DNA of 64,000 nt from the human T2T-CHM13v2.0 reference genome, Homo sapiens. Shown here piece after piece: positions 26,700 to 38,492 of the stretch. The translations under genes were made by a program, and so were the position numbers. The notes under the pieces were generated by a model. It did no database searches, was not told the DNA's origin, and saw nothing but the letters and a program-made list of their open reading frames with translations. Location of the stretch: NCBI GenBank assembly GCA_009914755.4, contig CP068257.2, positions 28,352,001-28,416,000 on the forward strand, written 5' to 3'. Positions within the stretch are counted from its first letter, which is position 1; each line of letters opens with the position of its first letter.

Positions 26700-28530
26700 T
26701 GTACATATTATCACAGGAAGACTAAAAGACAAATGTACTTAGAAAAGAAAAAATATCAATTCAAATTTAGAAGGACCTGGGTTCACATTAAAAATTAGAA
26801 TGGAAAGGAAAGCAAAAACATAAGATTACCACGATTACTGACTTTACACCTCATTCAGGGGTTTCATATCCTTAAAAGAATTCACTTAAAAAATTGAACC
26901 AAAACCATCTGAAACTCCTCTCAGATCAAAAGCCCAGAAAATCAGACTTCAGTCCCTCAGTGGCAGCATTAAGAACTTAATCCAGTGAAAACTGTGGCAG
27001 ATTAGTGAAATTAATGTAATTAAAATTGTAGTCAAGCACCATTTCTACTCATACCTGAGAGAAATCTAAATGAGAATTCCCTGACCTTTCCCAATATACC
27101 AAGAGAAAGGCTTGAATTTTTTGGGAAGACAATACAAACGGGTAAAAATCTGGAATACAAGAAAACTTGGAAAAGTGGACAGGCTGAAAAATATCACCCA
27201 TAATCAAGAGTTAAGAGAGTTAATAGAAGGAAATACACATATAACTTGTGTATTAAGACCATCAGACAAATAATTTAAAATATTCATCACAAACATGCTA
27301 AGTTATTAATGGGAAAACATGCATATAACAAGAGAAGAGATGAATCTTTAGAAAAAAATAAAGCTCTAAAATTAGCCAAGCAAAAATTTGGAAATTTAAA
27401 AATATAGTAAATGAAATAAAAATATTCATTAAACATCTTAACAGAAACTTGAACATTGTTAAACAAAGGGTTGTACATTTGAAGGTGGATCAACAGAAAT
27501 GCTATGAACAAAAGCACAGAGAAACAACAACGGAAAACTAAAAAAATGATCAGTGTATCAGTGACCTGTGGTACCATATCAAATGAGTAAACATATGTAT
27601 AATTGGAGTCATAGAAAAAGAGATGAAAGGGCAGGAAAATATAAAGAAATTACAGTCAACATTTTTCTAAACTTGGTGAAAAATAATCAACCCATATGTG
27701 TAAGAAAGACATCAACCAGCAATCTGGATAACTACAAAGAAAAGTATAATGGGCAATATTGTAGTCCGACCTCTGAAGTTAAACAAAAAGAGGCTATCTA
27801 TCATAAAAACAGCCTGAAAGGAGGAAAAAAGAAAATAAAAGTAAAGCAATTACAAGAGATATCATGAACATCTCACCAGAAATTATGGAAACTGAAAGAT
27901 GATGGAATACAATATTTGTCAATAAAAAGAAAGAAAAAAGATTTTATCACAGAATTTCATCCTGTGTCCAGAGAAAGAGCTTCTCAAAATAACAGCATAC
28001 CTGCATTACAGAAAGCACTAAATGAAGTTCTTCAAGGTAAGTGAGAAGTATACCTCAACTCTAATCTATAGGGAAAAATTAAGTTCACTGGAAATGTTCA
28101 TTATGTGGGTAAGCAACTACTCCTTTTCTTAATTTATTTGAAAGACAGCTGACACTTAACATAACATAGTGTGGAGTCACTACATAGTAAAATATGTTAA
28201 AATTGAGTAATGGGAGAAAGAAATTACACTGTTGAAGTCCGAAGTGTTGAATTACACTGTGGAGTGGTACTATAATAATTTAAGGTCAAATAGGAGAAGG
28301 TAATGATGTGTATTTAAATCCCTAGAGCAATATTTTTAAAAATTGTAAATAAAAGCCTAGGGAATGAGGAACCAATAGAGTAAATAGAAAACAAATAGCA
28401 ATCTGGCAAACTTAAACCAATGATATCAATAATTATGTTAGATGCAAAGGGCTGAGACACTCGAATTAAAAGGCGGGGACCATTGAACTGGATAAAAAAG
28501 CAAGGCCCAAGTTTGGGTTGTAGTCTGTGC
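26700..28530 (+). mobile_element. Old LINE-1 fragment covering the ORF1 C-terminal two-thirds, the inter-ORF spacer and the first ~35 codons of the ORF2 endonuclease. It has multiple stops and frameshifts.
   Basis: The six-frame ORF at 27568-27867 (...ITVNIFLNLVKNNQPICVRKTSTSNLDNYKEKYNGQYCSPTSEVKQKEAIYHKNSLKGGKKKIKVKQLQEIS) and its downstream continuation (...KDDGIQYLSIKRKKKDFITEFHPVSRERASQNNSIPALQKALNEVLQ) align to L1 ORF1p (...NLFEEIMAENFPNLGKE.DIQIQEAQRTPN...PRHIIIKLSKVKDKERILKAAREKRQVTYKG.PIRL.ADFSAETLQARREW..IFKVLKEKNFQPRILYPAKLSF..EGEIKSF.DKQKLREFVTTRPALQE.LKGVLQ). At ~28400-28530, atgcaaagggctgagacactcgaattaaaaggcggggaccattgaactggataaaaaagcaaggccc matches the ORF2 start ...NVNGLNAPIKRHRVAEWI.KQDP. 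Confidence 0.8.
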
Positions 28531-28539
28531 TCTGGAATA

Positions 28540-28690
28540 AATAGTTCTGTGAGATTTCTTGACTCTGTTTCTTTATCTGTCATAAGGAGAAAAGCAAACC
28601 TGTCTCACTGCAAATAGGAGTATGGTTGGTACATAGCAGGTGTTCAATGAACTTGTTGAATTAATGAATGTTGAATGAACATAGGCATGC
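28540..28690 (+). mobile_element. MIR-like (mammalian-wide interspersed repeat) 3' core/tail fragment.
   Basis: ctctgtttctttatctgtcataaggagaaaagcaaacctgtctcactgcaaataggagtatggttggtacatagcaggtgttcaatgaacttgttgaattaatgaatg resembles the MIR consensus ...ctcagtttcctcatctgtaaaatgggg...agcacttagcacagtgcctggcacatagtaagcgctcaataaatgtt... Confidence 0.5.
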
Positions 28691-31099
28691 TGTTACTATT
28701 AAATATAAAATTAAATGCAAACATATATATATAACTCATTCAAAAATTAAGGTCAAATTATTGGTGAACTTTCTTTATTTTTTATTTTTTGCTTGCAATC
28801 AATGGACAACTTTTATTAACAAGAGATGTAGCCAGGGGGACTTTTAATACTGTCAGATAGAAAATAACCAAAAGAGAAAAGGGCTTTTCTGCAATGGCAG
28901 CAAGTTCTGATGCTAGACTTGGTGGAGAAGAGATTATTTTCCTAGCAAGAGCCAAGGAGGACAATAAACTCTCCTGCTGTGGCATTCATAGGCAAAGGCA
29001 TATGTGGAGTTGGCCTCAATTCAGGGAAAGCAGTACTTCTAACAGTGCACATATTTGTGATGCAGGAGGAAATCTCAGTGTCCCCAGCAGAAGAAAAGTT
29101 AGCACAATGGACTTGACCTACAACTTTTAGTATTTATCATTGCAGATAACTGTCCTTATGCAGACATCATCACTTGCTGCTTGGAGAGGCAAACTGCATA
29201 GCAAGAAGACAAAGAGCTAATCTGAAATACTGAAAAATTCTGAATGGGATCTTTGCAGAGTAAGATACTTTTTTAGGAAGAACATTGTGCCTATAATTAT
29301 TAGCTTAGGAAAATGTAAAAGAAATAGTTTTCAATTTTTCAATTACTGAATTATTGGCAGCTGATGACAATAATGTTGGCTAGCTTTCTGTTTGAAAACT
29401 TGGCCTCCACAGACTCTAAACTATGACGAATTATCTTTATAAACTGCTTTTATGAAATCTGGTTTCTGAAGTTGGATCAGTGAGCATAAAATGGATTTTT
29501 GGTATTTCACGTATTTTTACATTCTTTGTAGTCTTAGTGCTATTTATTTAAAAGATGACTTACGGAAGATGTTTAGGTATCATTTTGGAGGATTTTTCTG
29601 CTTATAAATTTTATATATGGAAAAGGTGATATTATGCTTCTAATTCATCTTCATGAAATGTAAAAAAAATTCCATAGGACTCCTAAGTTTAAAGATTTAA
29701 ATAGCATAAAATAATTTTTAAAATAAAGAGTTCTTAAAGTTTATATTATTTAACCTTGCTATACTAGTATAGCAAGTTTATAAAATGAGAATATGATTAA
29801 GCCTAGTCTTTATTTATCTATCTTGTATTATTATTTAAATTTTATATATTTATTAGCTCAAAAATAATGTTTTCTTTCTTTAAATTTTTTAAATAAAAAA
29901 TTATAAATATATTATTCTTAAGATTATTTACTAATTCATTTTTAAGTTGTGTAATAACTATCATTTTTCCCCATATTTAATGATTTGAATGTACTTTATT
30001 CAATGTAGTTTATTCAAACATCAGTGTTCACCATAATTATCAATTTTCTTTTACAATAATAAAAGATCATTATACTTTAATACTGGGAGACTCAATGCAA
30101 AAAAACAAATAACAGGAGTTTTCAAACTGTAGGTTATAACTAAAATGTTTATTAAATTTGCATGGAAATAGATATTACTAGTAAATCTAAATAAAATGAT
30201 GCTTTTTTTCTGATAAAGATTTGGTGATCAGGCATACTGTGATATATTATTATTCACGGAAAAAATCAGTTCAGACAGACCAGAAATGTCATTAAAATAC
30301 CTATCAAGCTCTTGAACTTTCCAAACATTGAGATTAAAATTGAAGCTGAAGAGGAAATTTTGGGTAAATCTGTGGTCAGAGTAAAACTTCTGGCATCTCC
30401 AGTGTAAAATATATTGGTAAAATAAAACACTAGGGAAGAATGTACTTTCACTGAGCTGTGGTCAGAAACTTTTGATTTAACCTAGTAACTAAAACATGTG
30501 TTCTGATATAAGAGTCTTGTAAAATTAGTACCTCTTGCCACTGCCAAACTAAGCAGGCATCTAGGCAAATAAGTATGCCAAGCTGTCCAGTGAAATGGCG
30601 GCTTCTTGTTCAACAGGTCTATTCATACGTCTAGTGTGAGGGACTGGAGTGATGTCCAGTGAAAGAGAAAGGGAATTCCTGTACAACAGGCTGTAACAGA
30701 AGGCTGGAGAGAGTATAGCTGAGGTAGGATGGTGATGGTGTATTGCTGATCCTGCTGGAAGGAAGCAAACTGTTCCATTGGTCTCTTACAAACAGAAAAA
30801 TCATTCATTAAATCAATACGTCCCTATCAGGTGCCAGAGGAAATGTTCATTCGCTCCATCAGCAAAACCAGATCTGGAAGAAAAATTGCATCGAAATCAC
30901 CACCTGATTGCATTTAGAATAACATATCATATTCTACAAGAATAATCCATCAGTCTTCTGCCTAAGCCAAACAGGCAGTTGAATAGGGATGGCATAGGAA
31001 TCATCACCTCTGAATCTTTCAAGTTCTTGATAGTGGCCTGAATCTTGAAAATTTCCCCGGTAATGCAGGATTGCTTTCAATTTACTATGCTTTACGTAG

Positions 31100-31272
<173 letters not shown>

Positions 31273-31815
31273 ACACTTGGCCTTTCTAATCTTAATAGCT
31301 CTCACTCTATAAGTCAAGAAATCAGTGTGGCCATTCTACCAGTTGCTGAGTATGTCTATTTGAACTATGCATTCCAGAACTGGAATGTAACTATTGGTTG
31401 AGTTGGGGACCCATTTGGCACACTGAGAAATATAACTAAGCCAAAACTCCATTAATCAGCTCACTTCCATACATTCCCTTTCTGATTGGCAGATTACCAT
31501 GAGATTTTAGGTCTCTAAGAATTAGTGGTTCAGAGCCAATGGCCAATATCACCAAAACTCTAGTTATTTTGTCCCCCTCCCCACCCACCATGCACAGTCA
31601 CTCTGCTGAATGTGTGCAGGTAACACTGGGGAACACGAGAGGCAAGATCTGTAGCATAGGATTGATTTTGTTGATACCATAGGATCCTTCCTTAGGACAA
31701 CCCAGTTTCCTCTTTGTTTAAGGGACTCTGGAACTGTGAACTGACTCAAGACTTGGAATAAATCACAACTCTATTGTGGTGATTTGTATCAGTCCTCTTT
31801 CCCTCAGATCTATAG

Positions 31816-32087
31816 TTTTTGTTTTGTTTCTGAGACAGAGTCTTTGTCACCCAGTCTAGAGTGCAGTGGTGCGATCTCAGCTCACTGCAACCTCTGTCTC
31901 CTGGGTTCAAGAGATTCTCATGCCTCAGCCTCCTGAGTGTCTGGGATTACAAGCATGTGCCACCATGCCCAGCTAATTTTTTCCAGTTTTAGTAGAGACA
32001 TGGTTTCACTGTGTTGGCCAGGCTGAGTGCCAACTCCTTGGCCTCCCAAAGTGCTGGAATTATAGGCATGAGCCACCAGGCCGGGCC
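31816..32087 (-). mobile_element. Full-length Alu (antisense on +) with an 11-bp TSD, CTATAGTTTTT, at ~31808-31818 and ~32090-32100.
   Basis: Sequence reads tttgttttgtttctgagacagagtctttgtcacccagtctagagtgcagtggtgcgatctcagctcactgcaacctctgtctcctgggttcaagagattctcatgcctcagcctcctgagtgtctgggattacaagcatgtgccaccatgcccagctaattttttccagttttagtagagacatggtttcactgtgttggccaggctgagtgccaactccttggcctcccaaagtgctggaattataggcatgagccaccaggccgggcc. The flanks are atctatagttttt|...|agaactatagttttt. Confidence 0.92.
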
Positions 32088-32694
32088 AGAACTATAGTTT
32101 TTAATGTGTTCAGATTAAGCAAAATGTTAAATAATCTGACTACAATTTCTTCTTGGGGACACAATGATAACTAAGATTAACATTTTTTATAAGTCACATC
32201 ACTGTGATTCCAGAACTGGGATATAATTATGGGTTGAGTTGGGGACCCATTTGGCATACTAAGAAATATAACCAAGCCAAAACTCCATTAATCAGCTCAC
32301 TTTCATATATTTTCTTTTATTTATATTCTGATTACTGACTTTGGTTTGTTTCTCAACCCATTAACCATGTCCATCTTGGCCTTGGCAATTGAGTAGGAAT
32401 ACTTGGCCTCTGCTATTCCAAGATCTGTTATCTCCATTGAATTTAGAAAGCTTAGTTTGATAGAAGCAATTTATCCTCTTATTCCTGGCTTATAAAGAAT
32501 AGTTATCACGCAGCTTTTCAAGGAGGCTGGTGCTCCCTTCCCAGTGTATTTCCTAAGGTTGTGGTGAAGATAGTGTCCTCTGAAATATCCTCCAGAACAA
32601 GATTAGGGTATGGGTGAGCAGTTCTCACAATAAGCCCACTCCAGTATTCTCATCTCTTGGAGCCTTTGGATAACATGTGACCCAGCAATTCCAA

Positions 32695-32845
32695 ATATAT
32701 ATATGATACATTCTAGATATATATATATTCTTTCTTTATATAGGATATATATACACACACACACACATACACATAAGGTATTATGTATAGGGCATATATG
32801 TATGTGTGTATGTGTGTGTGTGTATATATATATATATACTTAGAA
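32695..32845. repeat. Compound microsatellite, (TA)n/(CA)n/(TG)n.
   Basis: Sequence reads atatatatatgatacattctagatatatatatattc...atatatatacacacacacacatacacataagg...gtatgtgtgtatgtgtgtgtgtgtatatatatatatatac. Confidence 0.9.
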
Positions 32846-32869
32846 GTGGAATTAGATTAGAATTAGATT

Positions 32870-33510
32870 CCATTTCTAGGCATATACATTTTCAAGAGAA
32901 ATAGAAATATAGATCCATACAAAACTTGTATGCAAATATTTATAACATTATTATAAATCTCTTAGATTTCCAAGAGAAATGGAAATATAGGTCAATATAA
33001 GTACTTGTACACACAAATATTTATAACAACATTATTCATGATAGCCAATATGTTGAAACAATTGAAATGGCTGTTAACTGAGCAAAAATGGGTACACAAA
33101 ATGAGATATATCTGTAAGTGCAATACCATTCAGCAACAAAAAGAAACAAAGGACTGATACATGCTGCAACATGAAACAGTCGTGAAAACGTTATGCTGAG
33201 TGAAAGAATTCAGTCGAAAAGAATCACATACTCATTATCGAATTTATATCAAATGTCCATAATTGAAAACCTATAAAGACCGGAAATAGAATAGTAGCAG
33301 TTGTCCAATGCTGGGGCTGGAGGCAGGATGGTAGGGAGGGAGGGATCAGAGGAGTGATAGCTAAGAGATGGGGTCATGGAAATATTTTAAAATTGATTGT
33401 GGTGATGATGGCAGAATCCTGTGAATATATTAAAAGCCACTGAAATACACTTTAAATGGGTGAATTGTATAGTATGTGAATTATAACTTAATAAAGCTGT
33501 TACATTTAAA
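32870..33510 (+). mobile_element. LINE-1 3' terminal fragment (ORF2 C-terminus plus 3' UTR; older L1P/L1M type) with an internal ~75-bp tandem duplication.
   Basis: Translation of ...cattattcatgatagccaatatgttgaaacaattgaaatggctgttaactgagcaaaaatgggtacacaaaatgagatatatctgtaagtgcaataccattcagcaacaaaaagaaacaaaggactgatacatgctgcaacatgaaacagtcgtgaaaacgttatgctgagtgaaagaattcagtcgaaaag matches the L1 ORF2 tail (...FTIAKTWNQPKCPS.DEWIKKMWYIYTMEYYSAIKKNE.LSFA.TWMELE.IILSE.SQ.QK). The 3' UTR reads ggaaatagaatagtagcagttgtccaatgctggggctggaggcaggatggtagggagg...gtggtgatgatggcagaatcctgtgaatatattaaaagccactgaaatacactttaaatgggtgaattgtatagtatgtgaattataacttaataaagc. The duplicated unit ...caagagaaat(a/g)gaaatatag(a/g)tc(c/a)ata(c/t)aa...caaatatttataaca(a)cattatt occurs at ~32893-32965 and ~32966-33040. 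Confidence 0.8.
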
Positions 33511-36164
33511 AGGCGGTGAGGGTGGGTATTAAGGAAGTTTCCTGGCAAGGCATTACAGGTTTCTCAGACAAGGAGAGGCTAATCTCATCAGAAAGGGAAG
33601 AAAAAATTGCTTTCACTGGCAAAGGAGACTTGATCAGATTGGGAGTTAAGGTCTCTAAACTCATAAGAAACTGCCTATATGACCCTATTCCCGTATTTTT
33701 AATGGTCTCACTTCTTTCCAAATTTAATAGATAAGATTCCATAAGGTTAGTGTTGAGAATTCTTGACTTTGTAGCACCAGGAAATGGGGATTTCTCTCAG
33801 GGTAGCCATAGAGAGAAAGCCATAGAGAGAGCCAAGGTTTATAATTGGACCTTGATATAGACAGTTAAAGTCCTGAGCTAATCAACTTCTTTTCATTAGG
33901 TCTCTAGCATATTTGAAAGCTGCCAAGAAAACCCACAGTCTTTATATCCTTCAGTTTTTCTAAAATATTTTATATCCGCAGCCACTTGATCACCCAGCAT
34001 CTTGTCCTCCAAGAACACTTGCTCCTGACCTTAGATGCCTACAGGTGATAATTTAGGTATTGTTTGCCACTGCATGCTACAGACTGCCAGTGTCTTATTC
34101 ACCATGGCAATAAGGAAATTTATATCTAGTCAGATGAGAGAATCAATACCAGATTCCCATCTTTAAGGTTCTATTTTCCTGAAACCACTTCTGGTACAAG
34201 TCACTGTGTCAGTTAGAATTCAGTAAGGGAAGCAGAGCCATATGAGTATTATGAGATATGGATCTATTATGTGAGGTGGACTTTCCACAGTTGTGAACAA
34301 AGCAGTTAAGTGAAAGTCCAGAAAGGAAAGTTGGAGAATCACACAAAAGCCACTAGCCATTCCTCCTGAAATGCTGAACCGGGGATGAGTTGGAGGAGAT
34401 GCTGAAATGCATTTTAAGAGTGTAGGGCACCCACGGTGTAACTGCAGAAAGGGAGCTCATGGATGGGTCTGTGGAAAGCTATTGCCTCTATATGACTGTT
34501 GCCTCTGGGTCTGTAGCCAAAAATTTTATGGTGATCTCAGAATTGGTGTTACTCAGCTGAGACAGCAGCCAAGATCAATATCTGGAAAACAGCACAGAAG
34601 AGAGAAGCAGAAATTGGAAAGTGTTGTTCAAGATTATCCAAGTTGACTTTAGTACAATCCAGCACATTGTCATTCTGAGTCATTGGCCATAGTGGTCTCC
34701 GAAGGACTGAAGTAGGCAGGTGAATGAAAAGAGGGGAAACAGGAAAAAAAAAAAAAGAACTCCTGGTTTTACTTTCACCAGTCAGTCACAGTAGGCCAGT
34801 TTTAAACCATACACTACTACAGTTATTGGTTATTATCAAGGATTAAAAACTTGATACTATTTTTGGTTGTCTCACATCTGTCCTAGATGAGACCTAGAAT
34901 ATAATAGGTTCTTAACATACATCTATTGGTTGGGTGAATGAATTCATGAGTGAATGAATGAGGATTTGGGTTTCAAAGTCTTCTCACTGCTTTCTAACTT
35001 TATCTTCATGTTATTTTTGCACTCATACTGATAATAGCCATTTGCCCTAGGGGTAGAGAACTCAGGAACCCTGTGGCTGATGCACAATAAAAGAAGGAAA
35101 GAATAAAGGCAGGCATTTCATAATTGAGGCGGAGGTTCAGCAGACCATACAGATTAAAAATAGTGCTTCTATCCAAGTGGAAACATCACAAACTTCCTAT
35201 TAAAGAAAACCATGACCTCTCTTGACCCACTGTGGGAAGGTGGTCGGCAAGGATCATGGTCATACCTTGAAGAAGTGATTGATCTGTCAATTAGTGACTT
35301 CCACATTTTCCCATGTGCTATGGCCTGAATGTCTGAGTTCCCTCAAAATTCATGTGTTAAAATCCTAACCCCCAAAGTGATGATATTAAGAGGTGGGGTC
35401 TTTGAGAGGGGATTAGTTCCAGAGGCCAGAGTCCTCTTGAATGGAATTAGTGTGCTTGTAAAAGAGATCCCAGAAAGGTCCCTTGCCTCTTCTGCCATGT
35501 GAGATTGTAATGAGAAGACAGCTGTCTATCCAGAGAGGGGACCCTCACCAGACACCAAATCTGTTGGCACCTGGATCTTGCACTTTCCAGCTTCCACAAC
35601 TATAAGAAATAAGTGTCTGTTTTTTATAAGTCCTCCATCTGTGGGTTTTTTTGTTAAAGTACCTTGAATGAACTAAGACACCATGTAAAACACCCTTGAG
35701 AAAAACCTTCAGTACTGAAAACTGTTTCCCTGTAGTTTGGAACTAAAATGGATAATAATCTGAAATGCCCAAACATAGACTAAGGCTCCCAAAGTTCTCA
35801 GAATTGAGATAAGATCCAAGTTTTTGTAAAGCCTAAAAATTTATGGTATGAGAAGATCTCTTTAAGAAAAGTAATACAAAATTATGAATAGAATTAAGTG
35901 CTTTCTTAGAATAATAAATTATGACAAATTACAAATATAAAAAGCTACTAACTACCAAAAATATAGCAAATTTCCTCCCCAATAAGCAGAATATGATTTA
36001 TTAATTAATTTCCCAACTCACATGCTTAATACTTTCTCTCTACATAATCTGGCTACTATATTTTTTGATTCTCTTTGTATATGACAATGATCTTGCCATA
36101 TCATTTTCTATGGAAAGAATAGAAAGACAATTTTGCTTCACATAGCACAACTGATTGAAATTTG

Positions 36165-36304
36165 TTTTATTTTTATTTTCATTTTTTTGGTAGAGATGGG
36201 ATCTCTGTGTTGGCCAGGCTGGTCTTGAATTCCTGGCCTGAAGCTATCCTCCCGCCTAGGCCTCCCAAAGTGCTGGGATTACAAATGTAGCCACCATGCC
36301 CAGC
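36165..36304 (-). mobile_element. Alu, partial (left-monomer half, antisense on +).
   Basis: ttttattttcatttttttggtagagatgggatctctgtgttggccaggctggtcttgaattcctggcctgaagctatcctcccgcctaggcctcccaaagtgctgggattacaaatgtagccaccatgcccagc is the reverse complement of the Alu 5' half. Confidence 0.88.
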
Positions 36305-36989
36305 TTTTATTAGAAAATTTTATTTCACTTTAACAACTTGTTATGGGAAACATTATTTAAATTTTTTGAATTTTGATCAAATTTGCAAAAAGCTCAGTCT
36401 AGTTTTCTTCGTATATGAGATATATGATTTCAGGTACTCTTCTGCGTTGACTAGTGTTTTGAATCAATGATATACATGAAATAGTTCATCATCAATGTCC
36501 TCATTGCAGTGGCATATTAAGAGTTTTATACTGACATTGACGTGTCAACATTTCATGTCAAATCCACAATCATCATTACCTGGCTTATCAAACAATTCAA
36601 GAATTATTCATTACTTCTGTTTAAAACTTCTAATTACTTTGATTAATACTTCTTTGATATGATCTGAGCATTTTTTTTTGCTCAGGTTTTTCTTTATGTC
36701 AACATAATTTACATTAATCATCTTACTGCTTTCATTTCATATTGGATTCATGTTATATGAGTTTTCCCCAGTGCTTTAATAAAGAAATTTTAAAAGACAA
36801 AAGAAAGTACTTTTCATATGCATCCAATTCAAGGATCTGTCATTTCACACTTTTTAATTGAAATATTCCAATATAACTTTCCAAATGCAAAGAATGTATT
36901 CGAACTTTATCAACTTTTGAATAAACTTTTGCATCTTGGTTTGTTCAAGCCTTTCTTTCAAATATCCAGAACATATTTAGAGTCCTTTA

Positions 36990-37541
<552 letters not shown>

Positions 37542-38274
37542 TCACGTGAGGGAAGTCTTTCTTCATAGATCATGTTCTACAAACTTTAAAATGTTGTTCA
37601 ATGGCTGGTTACATCTCTCTAGAACTAATTTCATTTTGTTGAATAACATCACAGATACATGGTCTTACAATGGTGAAAAAGGTAAAAGTCACTTGCTTGG
37701 TTTTCTGCTATAATAGAACACCCAATACATATCAATATTCTGTAATTTATCAGTTATAATGTATCAGTCATAGCATGCATCTATGGTGGAATCTACAGCA
37801 ATGAAGTGATATTTGATGTCTGGATTATTTATTTTATTTGTTATTTCATTTTACAGATATTTCCGGTTATTTTGATCAACTTTTGTGGGCAAATCAGTTA
37901 CATTTTATCCATTTTGATATTTTCCCAAGTTCTTGTGCAAAAACAAATCAGTTCAGCAATCAGTTTGAAGTTAACCATGAATTTTATTATTCTAAGATTG
38001 TAACTTAGTGACAAAGAATTTTGAAGGACGAACTTCTTTTGCTTAAAAATACACTAATTATAAGTATTTTTTAAAGCAATTGAAAGAAACATTATTTTTA
38101 TTATGTGTTTAATACATTGTCCTGGTGCATTTTTATTTATTTACATGACATTCAAATAAACAACCTGCTTAGTCTTTGTGAAGTAGTCTCGAGGGCTTTC
38201 AACATATTCTTCCAGAAAAATATGCATTATTAAGTAATGTTGGTCTTGCTAAGAGTGATTTAAAAATAAAATAA

Positions 38275-38492
38275 CCAGCCTGGCCAACATGGTGAAACCC
38301 CATCTCTACTAAAAATACAAAAATTAGCTGGGCATGATGGTGCATGCCTGTAATTCCAGCTACTTGGGAGGCTGAGGCAGGAGAATCGCTTGAACTCGGG
38401 AGGTGAGCTGAGATCACAACCATTGCACTCCAGCCTGGGCCACAGAGCGAGACTCTGACTTAAAAAAAAAATAATAATAATAATAAAATAAT
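38275..38492 (+). mobile_element. Alu, 5'-truncated (starts near consensus position ~85), with an A-rich/(AAT)n tail.
   Basis: Sequence reads ccagcctggccaacatggtgaaaccccatctctactaaaaatacaaaaattagctgggcatgatggtgcatgcctgtaattccagctacttgggaggctgaggcaggagaatcgcttgaactcgggaggtgagctgagatcacaaccattgcactccagcctgggccacagagcgagactctgacttaaaaaaaaaataataataataataaaataat. Confidence 0.9.

Noticed and set aside
28894-29130. ORF MAASSDARLGGEEIIFLARAKEDNKLSCCGIHRQRHMW... with a reasonable-looking start context, in non-repeat sequence.
   Set aside because: It is 78 aa with no recognisable domain. It has no splice-site or poly(A) context that I can verify, and it has the same AT-rich composition as its surroundings. 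This is indistinguishable from chance ORFs in 64 kb of six-frame space.
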